Positions 11,721 through 23,921 of a DNA stretch of 64,000 nucleotides are shown one piece after another. A program made the translations under genes and the position numbers. The notes beneath the pieces are model-generated. The model did not search any database, had not been told where the DNA came from, and saw only the letters and a program-made list of their open reading frames with translations. Source of the DNA: Camelus ferus (lineage: Eukaryota); assembly GCF_009834535.1 (NCBI RefSeq), contig NC_045697.1:17176001-17240000 (forward strand), in the 5' to 3' direction. The first letter of the stretch is position 1. Every line of letters starts with the position of its first letter.

Positions 11721-12744
11721 TTTCCACTGCACTCAGCCCTTTCCTTCCTTGCTCCTTCTTGCCTTTTTGTCTCCCGTCTCCCTCTCTCCTCTCTCAAGTT
11801 CCTCTCACCGATACTAGAAGCCTTTGTAAAGGCCAGCCAGTGACAAATGTTGGCAAGGCATTCCCATTTCATGGATTGGTTCAAAGTAGGAAAAAGTGAT
11901 CCCTCAAAGCCATGCCCGGAAGGTCTCAGAATAAAATATAGACGGTATTTCTGAATCCTATCCCTCAGCACTCAGCCATAAGCACTAGGGTAACTTTCGG
12001 AGGATCCTTTATTTAGGAAAACAAAGTGTTTGTGTGTAGACAACAGTCACAAGACAGTCCATCACCCAGTGCTGAGATTCCCGGCTCAGTACGAACCAGC
12101 TGCTCAAGGTGACAGAGATACATGGGAGGAAAAATTGGTCTTGTTTCCAATTTGAATTACAAATGCTTCCTGGAGACAGAAGTCAGGTGGATATGCCCAT
12201 ATATTTATTGCCTAATGATACCACTGCTAAATAAAAATAAGTAAATAAATAAAAGCAAAGCACCTATCAATTACTATCTTATCAAAATACAGTGGAGGCC
12301 TGGAACAATGAAAGGGACTAATTGCAGGCTTTCTCTAAAGTCCCCGCAAACCACCAGTTGTCTTTCTCTTCAACTTCTTCCTATTTTTCCAGTTCCTCTA
12401 CCACCATCCCTCATACCCCCTAATATTGTCTGCTTTCCACATCCTTCTCTCAATCTGTCTTTTCAGCCCTCTCCTTGGGGACTCTTTTGTTCTCATCTCC
12501 TGAGTACCTTTTCCCTGGTATTTTGCGTCCTGTTCCAAGAGGTGAGATCCGAGGGGCAGCGTTTCCCCTCCCTGTCAGCAGGAGTTTTGTGTCACTGTGT
12601 CACTTTGGGCACATTGACCTGTCGGCTCCTGGGAGGGGTTGGGGATGGTGGCGGGGCACCTGAAGCTAGCATCCTTCCTCCTGAAATGCACACTGAGAAT
12701 TGGGCCCAGTGCCTCTCTTTAAATGGATTATGAAAACTAAATTT

Positions 12745-13300
12745 TTAGAGGTTTTGTCTTTCTGATGATAAAATTAATAAATATTTATTGTAAGGACAGA
12801 AAAATATGGAGAAAGTAATCACCTAGTATTGTTACAGTAATAATTAGGGCTAGGGTTAAGGTTAGGGTTAGGGTTATGGAAGCAATTATTGTTAAACATG
12901 CATATATTTTACTTCTATATTTTAATACATATAAATTTCCATGTATCACTCATTTCACTTACATACATCTGTTGTCCATGCTATTACAATTCTCGTCAAC
13001 ATCATTTTTAATGGCTACATCTTATTCCAATATATGTGTATACCAAAATATACTGAATCATACTCCTTTGATGGTTAAATAACTTAATCATCAAAGAAAA
13101 CTTAAATAGTTGGCTTTTTTTTTTCCAACTTTCTGCTGTTACAAATAATGCTTCCCTGAACAACTTGGTGCAAAAAGTTCTGTCTGAACTTTTCAATTAT
13201 TACCTTAGGAAATAATTTCAAAAGTAAAATTGTTGGATCAAAGGTGATGAGCATTTTTAAGGTTCTTTATATTGTTTAATTGCATTCCCAAAAGTTTCTG
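12745..13300 (-). mobile_element. Old L1 (L1ME-like) 3' region
   Basis: catcatttttaatggctacat..ttccaactttctgctgttacaaataatgct..aaagtaaaattgttggatcaaagg is typical of antisense old L1 3' ends. Confidence 0.7.
12844..12876 (+). repeat. Short interstitial telomere-like array (TTAGGG)~5.5
   Basis: TTAGGG CTAGGG TTAAGG TTAGGG TTAGGG TTA. Confidence 0.85.
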
Positions 13301-13492
13301 CACTCTCCAAATCCCTTTTTATAAATTCTATAAAGAAGTTTTACAAAGAAAATAATCACTTCCCGATTTGTCACTTGGGAAAAGGCCAAAAAAATTAAAG
13401 TCCAACTCTACTCTGTCACCCCACGCCACCGACAGAGGATCAACAGCTTCTGCCCTCTAGGTTTTTGCAAGACAAGTCGGATAAAGCCATTC

Positions 13493-13745
13493 GCTTATTC
13501 ATTCATCCAAACAACAGTTGAACAGTAGTTGAGCAGTTATTTACCAGACCCGGTGACAGGTACTGAGGGCATAAAGCTGGGTAGAACTTCGTCTCTAACC
13601 TGTAGGAACAGGTGGTGTTGTGGGACAGACAGATATGTAGATAAATGACAGCATCATGAGACAAGGGCTCCACAGAGGTAGGTCCGGGTGCCCCAGGTGC
13701 TCCCTCAAGGGCATCTGTAGAGGGTGGGGGAGGGGGAGTCAGAAA
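13493..13745 (-). mobile_element. L2 3' end
   Basis: attcattcatccaaacaac..ttgagc..gtctctaacctgtaggaac..ggagtcagaaagacctc. Confidence 0.6.
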
Positions 13746-13789
13746 GACCTCCCAGCACACAGACACCTGCTCATTCCTCCGACAATGTA

Positions 13790-13985
13790 ACAGTTACTCT
13801 TTCTGAGCACTCACTCTGTCCTTACAAGCACTGCCTCACTTATCCTCAGATCACCTCTACTCAGGAGGTATTACTGTTCTTTCACAGATGAGAAAACTGA
13901 GGTTTAGAGAAATAAATTACCTGTCCAAGATCACAAAGCTAAGAAAGCATGATGCCAAATGTAGCCCCAGCTGTAACTTAAAAGC
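13790..13985 (-). mobile_element. MIR SINE
   Basis: cacagatgagaaaactgaggtttagagaa..cctgtccaagatcacaaagcta. Confidence 0.75.
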
Positions 13986-15079
13986 TCTTCATTTAGCTGG
14001 TCCAAGGCTCACTACAAAGTCTCCATCAGCCCAAATATAGCCCCTGGGATGTGAGCTCTGACTCATGGTTCCATCCACAATGACAGATCGAGGTTCCTTC
14101 CCCTCCAACCTGCCTTCTCCCGGGCCACCTCCCTTGCTTTATTCTGACTTCTCCTTAGCTCTCCCATCACGGGGTAGGACTTTCCTATTCTTTTGATCTC
14201 GGTGCACCTGACATGCCTCTTTGCCCAGTCTGGCCATTAGGGTATAAATTTGTTCTAACTGCCAGAAAATTGACAGAACGAGGAAAGAATCCATGGCGAC
14301 TCTCCGGGCCCCAGCTTCTCTGTCTCTAAAGCAAGGAGATCAGAAATGATGATGTGTGAGCCCCTTTGCCAGTCTCACAGTGTAAAATCCCACAAGCCAC
14401 TGAACCACACCACCGGCATTTAGAGCCGCTATTAGAATGCAAAAGTGAGAGTTTGGTTCAAATTGAAAAAGCAGATACTTGTGGCCTCTTCCAATGAAGA
14501 AGAAAGGAAAGGAAGTATTTTAATGATGTTTTTTAATCATTTCCTCGGAGCACACAATGAGAATATATTTGCCGGAGAATGAAAAAGAACACAACATCAA
14601 TTTAGTGCATAAAACTGCTCTCAAACCTAAGGGCTCGTCTCACATTTTTCATTAATTCCAGGCTGATAACTTTCAGCATTAGGCCCCAGTGCTTCATCCA
14701 ACTCAAGCTTCCTAGAAATACACAAGCAAATCAAAATTTCTTTAGGTTTGCCAAGAAGTCTTTCAAAGATGGGATACCAACTCTGGCTGAAAGTCATTCA
14801 TTGCTGACCCAACTTCACTGTCAACTAAACATTCACCATTAGAAAATTCCATTCATCAACGCTCTTAGTTTTCTCACGAAATTATAGACTGAATCTTCAT
14901 CTCCCTAAGTGATAGCAATGAAAATCGGTCTCAAACATAGCTTGTCAACAAAAGTACAAAGCTTAAAAAAAAAAAAAAGCCCATAGCTTAATTCCAAAGA
15001 TACCACTGGGATCTTATCTTCCCTTCCACAAGAACTTTCAATGCCTCCCACTGTTTACAGAATTCAACCCAGTACTTTT

Positions 15080-15433
15080 AAATTTTTTCTTACTAGAGTA
15101 AAACATAGATTTATAACATAAAATTTACCATTTTAACCTGATTTAAGTGTGCAGTTCAGTGGCATTAATATACTGTTGTGCAGCCATCACTACTATCCTG
15201 TCCCCACTAACAAAGACTTCCCCATTCCCCCTCCCCTCAGCACCAGGGAACTTCCATTCTACTTTCTAAATCCATACATTTGACTATTCCAGTCCCTCCT
15301 ACATCAGTGGAACCATCCAGTATTTGTCCTTCTGTGTCTGGCTTATTCCGCTTAGCTTGCTATCTTCAAGGTTTATCCATGTTGTGCATGTATCAGAATG
15401 TCATCCTTTTTCAGGCTGAATAATATGCCATGT
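15080..15433 (-). mobile_element. L1 (L1MB-like) 3' end with TSD
   Basis: Antisense L1 3' UTR (ataaaatttaccattttaacc..gtgtctggcttatt). TSD attcaacccagtactttt (15062-15079) / attcagtccagtactttt (15434-15451). Confidence 0.85.
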
Positions 15434-15929
15434 ATTCAGTCCAGTACTTTTTGCATGCCATTTGAAGCCCCCACATTTTGGCTTGATTTTTTTTTTTTTT
15501 TTTTCCTTCTTCTTCTGACGTATTTCCCATGACATAGCTCTGCGTGCTCTGGGGCAGAAAAGATTAGTTGGGAGTTCTTTGCCTCTACTCCAGGAATTTC
15601 AAGCCTCTTTCCCTTTGCTCACACTGGTTCCCCATCCCAGCACATCCTCCGCCCCTGCTTTTCTAATCTAAGTCCTGGTGGTTGCAAGAGCTTGATTCAA
15701 TGCCTGCTCCACCACAGAGGTCCGCAGGAACACGGATCGAGAGAGATCTATTAAGCACCCACTAAGCTCAAGGACCCTCCAATTACAGTCAGACCAGCTG
15801 TAAAATGTGTGCTTTCATAACAGCAAATGGAACTTCAAGTGGTGCCTTCCCTAGAGCAAGACAGTTCAGAATACCTCCGGCAATCCTTTGGCAGTTCCTG
15901 TTTTCGTTAAGGTTAAAAAAGAAAAAAGG

Positions 15930-16048
15930 TTTCCCTAACTTTTGGTGGTGAGTGTGCTGTAGTATATACAGAAATTGAAATAAAACGTTGTACACATGAA
16001 ACTTATACAATGCTATAAAACAATGTTACCTCAATAAATTTTAAAAAA
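15930..16048 (+). mobile_element. L1 extreme 3' end fragment
   Basis: gttgtacacatgaaacttatacaatgctataaaacaatgttacctcaataaa. Confidence 0.7.
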
Positions 16049-16059
16049 TTATATTTAGC

Positions 16060-16160
16060 GGGGAGGGTATAGCTCAGTGGTAGAATGCCTGCTTAGCATG
16101 AATGAGGTCCTGGGTTCAATCCCAAGCACCTCCATTAAAAAATAAATAAATAAATAAAAT
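16060..16160 (+). mobile_element. tRNA-derived SINE (camelid vic-1-like), short form
   Basis: gggagggtatagctcagtggtagaa (A box)..gggttcaatccc (B box) followed by an (AAAT)n tail. Confidence 0.9.
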
Positions 16161-17041
16161 TTAATTTACTTAAAAAATAAAGCTAGTGCTTAAAAATTCA
16201 CAGCACAGACTCATACAGACCTGGTTCGAATTCCTGCTGGTAACTGGGTAGCCTAGGGGAAAAAAAATGTTTCCTACTTCTGCCCAGGTAATAATACGGC
16301 ACATGTGTACTGAGTACACATATACAATAAAGTGTATCACATGTATAATTTCAATTGTTAAATGTCGTCCGCATAGCCTTTGGGGGCAGCAGACTATTTC
16401 TAATGTAACCATTTTGAACTGAATTGAGATCACTTTTGTTCAAAGAAGAGTACAATATTCTTCTCCTCTTGATTCTCCTTCCCAGTTATAGATAAAAAAT
16501 ACATTAAATGGCATAAATAAACTGACAAAAAAAGTCACAATTGCATCTCTAGTATTTAAACTGCCTCCTGAAAAATCCTGACTGCATATTTCTCTTTAAG
16601 ATTCGCAACGGCTTACATTATATATACCTTTTTTGTGGTTAAATTAGTAATAACAGCATTAAAATCTTAAGAACTGTATAGTACTATATTTAATTATCTT
16701 CTCCCATAATTACACTGATTAAACACAGCATAAGAGACCATAAAGATAGATAAAACATTATGGCTACAAAACTTTTTTTTTAATGTCCATAAAATGACGA
16801 TTAAGCCCTAGGTGACTAAATTAATATCACCCATACAATTTTATGGGGTTTCCCTCCACATCCAACAGTATCATTTGCTGTGATGGCAGATTCTTTTTTT
16901 TTTTTTCTTCATAGCAGTATTGAAACTTGAACACTTTTTAAAAAGATGGGAGGTACCACAGTGGGCTGGCTTAGTCAGCTTCACCAAAAGAGGAGGTTTC
17001 TGTTAGACCAATGCTTCAAGCTAATATCAGCTGTGGACATT

Positions 17042-17386
17042 TTTTTTAATTAAAGTATAGATGATTTACAGTGTTGTGTTAGTGTCAGGTATACAGAAGT
17101 GATTCAGTTTATATATATATCTCTATATATTTTCAGATTCTTTTCTATTATAGGTTATTACAAGATACTGAATGTAGTTCCCTGTCCCCTACAGTGGGTC
17201 CTTGTTTATCTATTTTATAGAGAGTAGTTTGTATCTGCTAATCCCAAACTACTAATTTATCCATCCTACCCCCCTTCCCCTTTGATAACCATAAGTTTGT
17301 TTTCTATGTCTGTAAGTCTATTTCAGTTTTGTAAGTAAGTTCCTTTGTGTCATTTTTTTAGATTCCTCATATAAGTGATATCTTTC
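17042..17386 (-). mobile_element. L1 3' end with TSD
   Basis: Antisense 3' UTR ending in poly-T. TSD tcagctgtggacatt (17027-17041) / tcagctgtagacatt (17387-17401). Confidence 0.9.
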
Positions 17387-17934
17387 TCAGCTGTAGACAT
17401 TATAGCCCAGCGCCCACCCCACTTCCTTTCCCATCTACTCCTCACCCCAACAGGCAAACAAAGAGGTAACATTTGTTTGGTGCATTACCCATTTCTTCGT
17501 TTTCTTCTAAATGTTATCTCCAGAGATTTGGGCTTACACAGACAGCACAGGCAATCAAGGGAACAGATTTACATTTTCCATCTGAAGAATGAGCCTCTGA
17601 AACACCCAAGGATGTTCATACTGAGTGACCCGTGCTATTATAAAGATTAAAGAGCATGACAAAATCCCAAGAAAAATTCACTCTAAAAGCTAATCCTGTG
17701 GGGAGGAAAAGAAAACTATTTGAAAGCTTTTCAAATATAAAGAATAGCTCCCCAGGATCATAATTTAGCAATTAAAAAATTACGTATACAAATATACATA
17801 CAGTCAGCTAGCAAAACCAAAATAAGCCTCCTGATCTAAGTGCATTATCACCACGAAAGATCTGCACAAATTTTCCATCAGTGCTTGTAAAATGAAAATA
17901 TATTTTAATACTAAGACAATTATTTTATTAGATC

Positions 17935-18520
17935 AAATATATTTTAAGGACCTTTTATGGACCTGCCAAGTCCTAGATGAGGTAGATAAAACAACAAAAT
18001 CAACACAGCCTGTGACCTTATGCAGCTTACAGTCCAGTGGATAAGGCAGTAGACGATGATACAAAACAAATTGTGATAAATCTCTTGAAATAAAATTTAA
18101 GGGTATGTTGAGAAAAGATAACAGTAGAATTTAATTTAGATTGAACTGGGGACAAGAGATAAGCAAGATTCGTCTAAGGAAGGAAAATTTAAGACTTGAG
18201 GGAGTTAGGGTGAAGAAGGCATCAAAGAAAGAACATTCTAGCTAGAGGGGGACACATGATTAAAGGCCCTGAGGTGAGAAAGAGCTTAGCATGTCTGAGA
18301 CACCAGCAGTGCACATGTACCAGGAAAGCAGGGTTCCCACCTGACTTATTTACCACCTGCTCGCAGAAGAAGTGTCTTGCTCAGGAATTATCTACTAAAT
18401 AGCTGTTAAGTGAGCAGATGTGGCCGATATACCTGGAGTTTAGTGAGCAAAGAAGGGGAGCAGCCTAAGATGAGGCTGTTCACGAGGGCTGAAGCCGCAT
18501 CACGGAAGGCCCTGCCGCCA
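17935..18520 (-). mobile_element. L2 fragment
   Basis: gcctgtgaccttatgcagcttacagtccagtgg..gaacattctagctagaggg..aaaggccctgaggtgagaaagagcttagcatg. Confidence 0.7.
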
Positions 18521-18829
18521 TTCTGAAAACAGGTCCGTCATCTGGCCACCACCCCGAACAAACCCACAGCCAACTTGTTTCCTCTTTTATTGGCTAAACC
18601 CACAGACTTCCTACACCTTGTAAAATTCACTCACTGTACGATTCTCAAAGGCAGAAGCCATTTCTTCCTCATTTTTGTGGCCCCTGGGCCTTTTACATGC
18701 ATGGAATGAAAAGGCACTTGAGTACTTAATAACTGGACGTCCGTGTACAGAGTCCTCGGTAGGGACCAGGGAGCGTCCTCAGCATTTTGTACGCATTAGT
18801 TCACTCAAGTTTCAAAAAAATCTACAATA

Positions 18830-18838
18830 AGTGTGTGT

Positions 18839-18870
<32 letters not shown>
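18830..18870. repeat. (TG)n microsatellite, one interruption
   Basis: Directly visible. Confidence 0.95.
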
Positions 18871-18879
18871 ATGCATAAT

Positions 18880-19020
18880 AGAGAGTAATTTCCATCATTT
18901 TTGTTTCCAATTACAAATGAGAAAACTAAGGCTCACAGAGGTTAGGGAACTTGACCAAGGTTAGATGGCTGACAATCACCAAATCCCTTACCTCTGGAAT
19001 CTGTTCTCTTATTTACTAAA
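18880..19020 (-). mobile_element. MIR fragment
   Basis: ttacaaatgagaaaactaaggctcacagaggttagggaacttgaccaaggt. Confidence 0.75.
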
Positions 19021-20145
19021 CTGTGTTGATTCTTCTTAGCTAAAAGCTAAAGATAAGAACCCTACTGATTTCTCTTTCAGAGAGAACTATATATGATGGC
19101 TACCAGATGATACATAAGGAAATCTTTCCTTTATTATATCACCAGGATTTAAATTTGTGATGAAAAACATATTTTCTTCTTTGGGATATGGTAAAATAAA
19201 GAGGATTGTTCTTTAAAGTAAATGGGTGAGGCGAGCCAAAACAAAGGTAGTTTCTTCTAATTACACTATGTTTGGGAGCAATTCAAAAACTTTACAGACT
19301 CCAACCTGGAGCCTTTGAGTTTCTTCTTTGGGTTTCATCCTGGGCACCCAACCCAGTCTGATCCAATGGGATGCCGTGCCTTGCTGGCTGCTGGAGCAAG
19401 CCCCTGACCCCCTGAAGATAGTTTTGTGGTAGATCTCTGACATGTTTTCCTAAAAAACAACACTTCCCCCTATATTGGTGACAGAAAACTGGGCTAGAGA
19501 GACTAGAAATCTGACCCACTATGGCATTCTCATTTTCTGATGTTGTCAATGAACTTCAAACTAAGCTCTGAAAGTCAACAGGCTAGTGGGATTTATTTGG
19601 AGGGAGGGGGGCCAAGGAACCAGAATAGAAAGTTTCAAAATAGCAAAAACCACTATGAAAACACACTGCTTCTAGAGTCTCCTGATCCAAACCACACCCT
19701 TATTCATAGACGAATTATTCTGGACCTATTCCTTCCATGCAAGTTTCAATGATATGGCCCAAAACACAGAAAAAGTGATATGAACCTAAAATTTACTTGA
19801 CTGCCTGGATGAAAGATGACACTTTAACACATACTTGTATGTATATGCAAATGGTTAGGGCTGAGGAAAGAGATTTAATGCCACTTTTTAGGGAAATTAT
19901 TTAGTCCGTACATTCCGAATAAACAAAGCTGAACTGAAATCTGCCCTGTCGCTGAAAAAAAAAAAAAAAGAAAAAGAAAAAAATGATTATAATTAAATGT
20001 TCCAAATGACTGAAACACCAATTTCAGGTTCAACCAAGAGCAAGGATGCCTACACCTGAGGTGTAAGGGGAAAAATAGGAGGAACAAGACAAAAAGAGTT
20101 AGTTCCCTGATCTAAATCACTAATTCCCTCACTAGAGGGTGTAAA

Positions 20146-20355
20146 GTAATAGCTCACACCTAGTGAACACTTACTGAGTGCTGGAAAGCACACTTTGACA
20201 CTTTCATGACCATAAGGTGGGTCATATTATTATCCCATTTTACAGATGAGAAAACTGAAACAGGCAAGTTAGGCAATTTGCCAACATTTCACAGCTAATA
20301 GACATGACTTGAACCCAGGAACTCTGGCTTCGGAGTCTTCATTACCAACTATAAC
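20146..20355 (-). mobile_element. MIR SINE
   Basis: attattatcccattttacagatgagaaaactga..gacttgaacccagg. Confidence 0.8.
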
Positions 20356-20775
20356 ACGGCCTCCACTTCATTATGAGCAGAACGTGGAGAAAGAACCCCA
20401 AACACAGCAGTTAGAACTGAGAGCAGATTGGGTGGGAGTAGGTGCTAGGAGACCTGGAAAGTCAGACGCTCGAATTTAGGTTATAGGACAAAGGGATTAG
20501 GAAACAACACAGAATTTCTGAGCAGGGTTGTGACATGCTGAAAGCAGCATTCAAGGCAGATTAATCTGACTACAGATGTTTTGCTTGATATGAAGTGTTT
20601 ATAAAAGAAAAACCATTACAATGCACATTAAATAATTCAATATAAAAAAAATGAGTTCACAGAAATAAACCCAGATATAATCCAAAACCTTTTCCAAAAA
20701 GACACTAGCTCTCCAGTGTTAGAAGTGTTTAGTGTCAAGTATTTAAAATTATTTTAAGAGTTGAGCTGGAGTCGA

Positions 20776-20866
20776 GGGGTGGGTATAGATCAGTAGTGGA
20801 GTGCATGCTTAGCATGCATGAGGTCCTGGGTCCAATTCCCAGTATCTCCACTAAAAAAAAAAAAAA
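20776..20866 (+). mobile_element. tRNA-derived SINE (vic-1-like), short form
   Basis: gggtatagatcagtagtggagtgcatgcttagcatgcatgaggtcctgggtccaattcccagtatctcc plus poly-A, with flanking taagag(t/c)tgagctgg at 20755 and 20876. Confidence 0.9.
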
Positions 20867-21788
20867 TCCTGACATTAAGAGCTGAGCTGGCGAGGGGGAG
20901 TGTTCATGGTACAGAAAACACACAGCATCCTGATTTGGGGCACAGTGTACTCTAAGACTCTGTTCTAACCAAAAAAGAAAAAAAAATTGCAGGTTTTTTT
21001 TTTTTTCTTTTTTTAATCTGGTCTTCAAAAAAATAAGGCCCCCTATAGTCAACAAAGAAGAAAGAGGTTTTTGCTTTTTTTAATTTCCGTAAGGATTTCA
21101 TTCTATCCTGAGCAGCAGTTTCCGTGCAGAGTTGCAGAGCTGGGCACTGTGTTGCTTGGGCTCTAGGATTAGTTAAAGCCTCGAACAGAAGTGATAAACC
21201 TGGTGGGCACAAATGAAGGCGGCCCCACAGGGATGAATCTGGGGTCCATTCTGCTGCTATTTCCACTCCCAAATGAGGCACTCTGGGACTTTAACAAGAC
21301 AGAGCACCCGAGGGTGGCAGAAGAGAGGCCAGGAGACGCCTGTGTGTGAGGGACGAGAAGGGGGCTTAGGAGGTAGGGAATGCAAGCTGACCCAGAGGCA
21401 GAAGTGGGTAAGGGGCGAGAGCTATGAGTCTGAAGAGCAAATTACAAGCTGGGGAAAATAATACAAAGACAGCAGTCCAACAGAAAGCAGAGAGATATCG
21501 GGTACTGGGCCCAGCCAGGACCAGGAAGGGGGACAGCTGGGACAGGAATGGCCAATAAGAGTCAGCAGAAGTATAGCAGTTGACAGAAGGAAAGTTCTAG
21601 AAGCATGCTCTAGCTTGAGAGAAGGGAATTCAGAAGAGCTAATGGACTAGCTAGCACTTGACATCCAGTGGGTGAGGGTACTCAGAGGTGCCAGTTTCAC
21701 ACCCCTCACCTCCCCAGATCTCAGGAATGGGTCTAGCCAGGTGCAAGGCTCTTGAGTAACACACTGAGCTCCAGCCCCAAGGTCTAAG

Positions 21789-22104
21789 TGCTACCTCAAA
21801 AAGGGAAGGGAAAAAGATCCCAGTTCTTGTCTTACCCAAAAGAGAAGAATTCAGATGGGAGACAGATGTGTCATGTAGTGAAAGATTTTAAAGGTTTTAT
21901 TAGCAAAGGGAAAGTGCACCTCCAAGAACAAGAGGCAGGCTGATTCAAGGGAGGACAGCGATGGTCTTTGTTTGCCCCCTTCTCTTATACCCTCACTTAG
22001 AGGTGGTCTCCTGATTGACTGATGGCTCTCACCATCTTGTGGACCATCCTCCCTCTCCTCAACCTTAATCTCCCTGGTGCCCCCACTTATCTAACTACCT
22101 AACC
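21789..22104 (-). mobile_element. ERV1-class solo LTR
   Basis: The minus strand reads gttaggtagttagataag..caatcagg..gggtataagag (TATA-like)..aataaaa (polyA)..gaggtagca. A 4-bp TSD taag lies at 21785-21788 and 22105-22108. Confidence 0.75.
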
Positions 22105-23044
22105 TAAGGACTTGATTCTCAAGTGGCAGAGGGTACTGGGGCTCCTCTGGCATCCTCCCCAATGAAGCCATGAGCAAACACATACCACCAACACCCAACT
22201 GCCTGCCCCAAACCTGGGCACGTACCTGGTGACCTTCAAGTTTCCTTCCTACCTCTGGAGCCCAGAACTATTTGTTTGCCAAAACCTGTTGGTCTTTTCA
22301 AACAGCCTCCTCCCTCTAGACCGGATGCTCCTCAGAAGCAAGTAGCACTTTTTATGCTTCTTTCCTGCTCTTGTGGAACTTAATGCTGCAGAGCGAGTGC
22401 TTTAAAATCACCCATTAAACAAATCCTCTCTGGAGGTCTCCACCAGGCTTACGGCTGAGTTTAAAGAAACCGTCTCCCAGCATGGGGTTCGTCAGCTGAT
22501 AGTCAGTGTTCTCTCTGGATGACGTGTAGGAATATTTAACTGCTGGCAGAGGATCTTGGGATTTCAGGGGCATGTTGCACACATTTAATCCAACCATCAC
22601 TGACAGCGACTGACCAAAATTTGGCTTAATGCAGTAGACCTGCAAAGCCAGTCCTAAGTGACCCTTTAGAATAATCATTTTTTCCAAATCCTCTTTCATC
22701 TTAAATACCATCCTGACTCCTTTGCTAAGAAATGAGGTGTGTATTCTGCAACCCACAAAGCATTGCTGATTAGTAATAAGAGAAGCCAAGTGCATAGATG
22801 GGAACTTGAGTGGAGATTAAGAAATGAGCCAGTCGGTCTAGGTGCCCCCGTCCCACTGCGAGTTTAAAAAGAAAAAAGGCAGGGATGGTGTCCTTCACCT
22901 TCATTAATATTTTATCAACCAAACAAATAAGTGATTCTAGTCTCTTGTTTCCTATAGCAGAAGACTCGGCCATGACACTTTTGATTTCCTGACTCCTGGG
23001 GGTTGCTGAGAAGGATGCTGGAGTCGGGCAGAAGACAGAAGGAA

Positions 23045-23232
23045 CATGTTTTGTGGAGGTTCAGAACCTTGCTATGTTACATACTAGTTCCGCAAGTTCA
23101 GAAAAGTCATTAAACCTCTCAGAAGGTTTCTCATCTGTAAAATATAATAATATCCACCTCACAGATTGAAATCGGGTTAAGTAGGATAATCAATGTCCTT
23201 GGAACACCGAGGATGCTCCATTAATAGTCATT
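23045..23232 (+). mobile_element. MIR fragment
   Basis: aagtcattaaacctctcagaaggtttctcatctgtaaaat..aatatccacctcacag. Confidence 0.7.
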
Positions 23233-23417
23233 CATGTCCTCTTGGCTCTGCATCACCCAAGTCTACTCACGTGCTAGCAACACAGAACCACAGGGTGGAA
23301 TTCATTGAAACCCTGGAGCCAGAGCTTTTGATTTTGATAGGAAATGATTCGGCCCTTCCTGATTGGGCTCAGAAACCACTTTATCTTTAGGAAAACCCTC
23401 AACCAGAGAAACTGAGA

Positions 23418-23921
23418 TGTATTGGTTTGCTATTGCTGCTACCACAAATTACCTCAAGCCCTGTGGTTTGAAGCAATACAAATACACGACCCTGTAGTTC
23501 TGTCGGTCAGAATTCTGACCTGGGTCTCACCAGGCTAAAATCAAAGCGTTGGCAGGGCTGACGTCCTTTTTGGAGGTTCTAGCGGAGGATCGTTTCCTCA
23601 CGCAGTAGAGTTGTTGGCAGGATTTAGTTCCTGGAACACAGCGCCTGTAGCTCAGGACCAGCAGTGGGACATTAAAACCTTCCCCTGCTGCCATTTCTTT
23701 CTTTCTCACCAAGTCCAGGAAAGGCTGTCCGATTTTAAGGACTCATGTGATCAGACTGGGGCCACTCAGACAATCCAAGAGAATCTCTCCATCTCAAGGT
23801 CTATAACCTGAATCATGTTTGCAAAGTGCCTTTTGCCACATCAGATAACTTTCCCAGGCTCTGGGGAATCAGAACATAGACATTTGCCAGGGAAGGGAGC
23901 ATTATGTTGCCCTCCAACACA
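23418..23921 (-). mobile_element. MaLR solo LTR (MLT1C/D-like)
   Basis: tgtattggtttgctattgctgctaccacaaattacc..ggctaaaatcaaagcgttggcagggctg..ccatctcaagg..aacaca, about 504 bp. Confidence 0.85.

Noticed and set aside
16060..16135. tRNA gene (also the eight similar copies)
   Set aside because: A-rich tails, TSDs and divergence among copies identify them as SINEs, not tRNA genes.
22415..22795. 126-aa minus-strand ORF
   Set aside because: No recognisable homology or exon boundaries, and a length compatible with chance in 64 kb.
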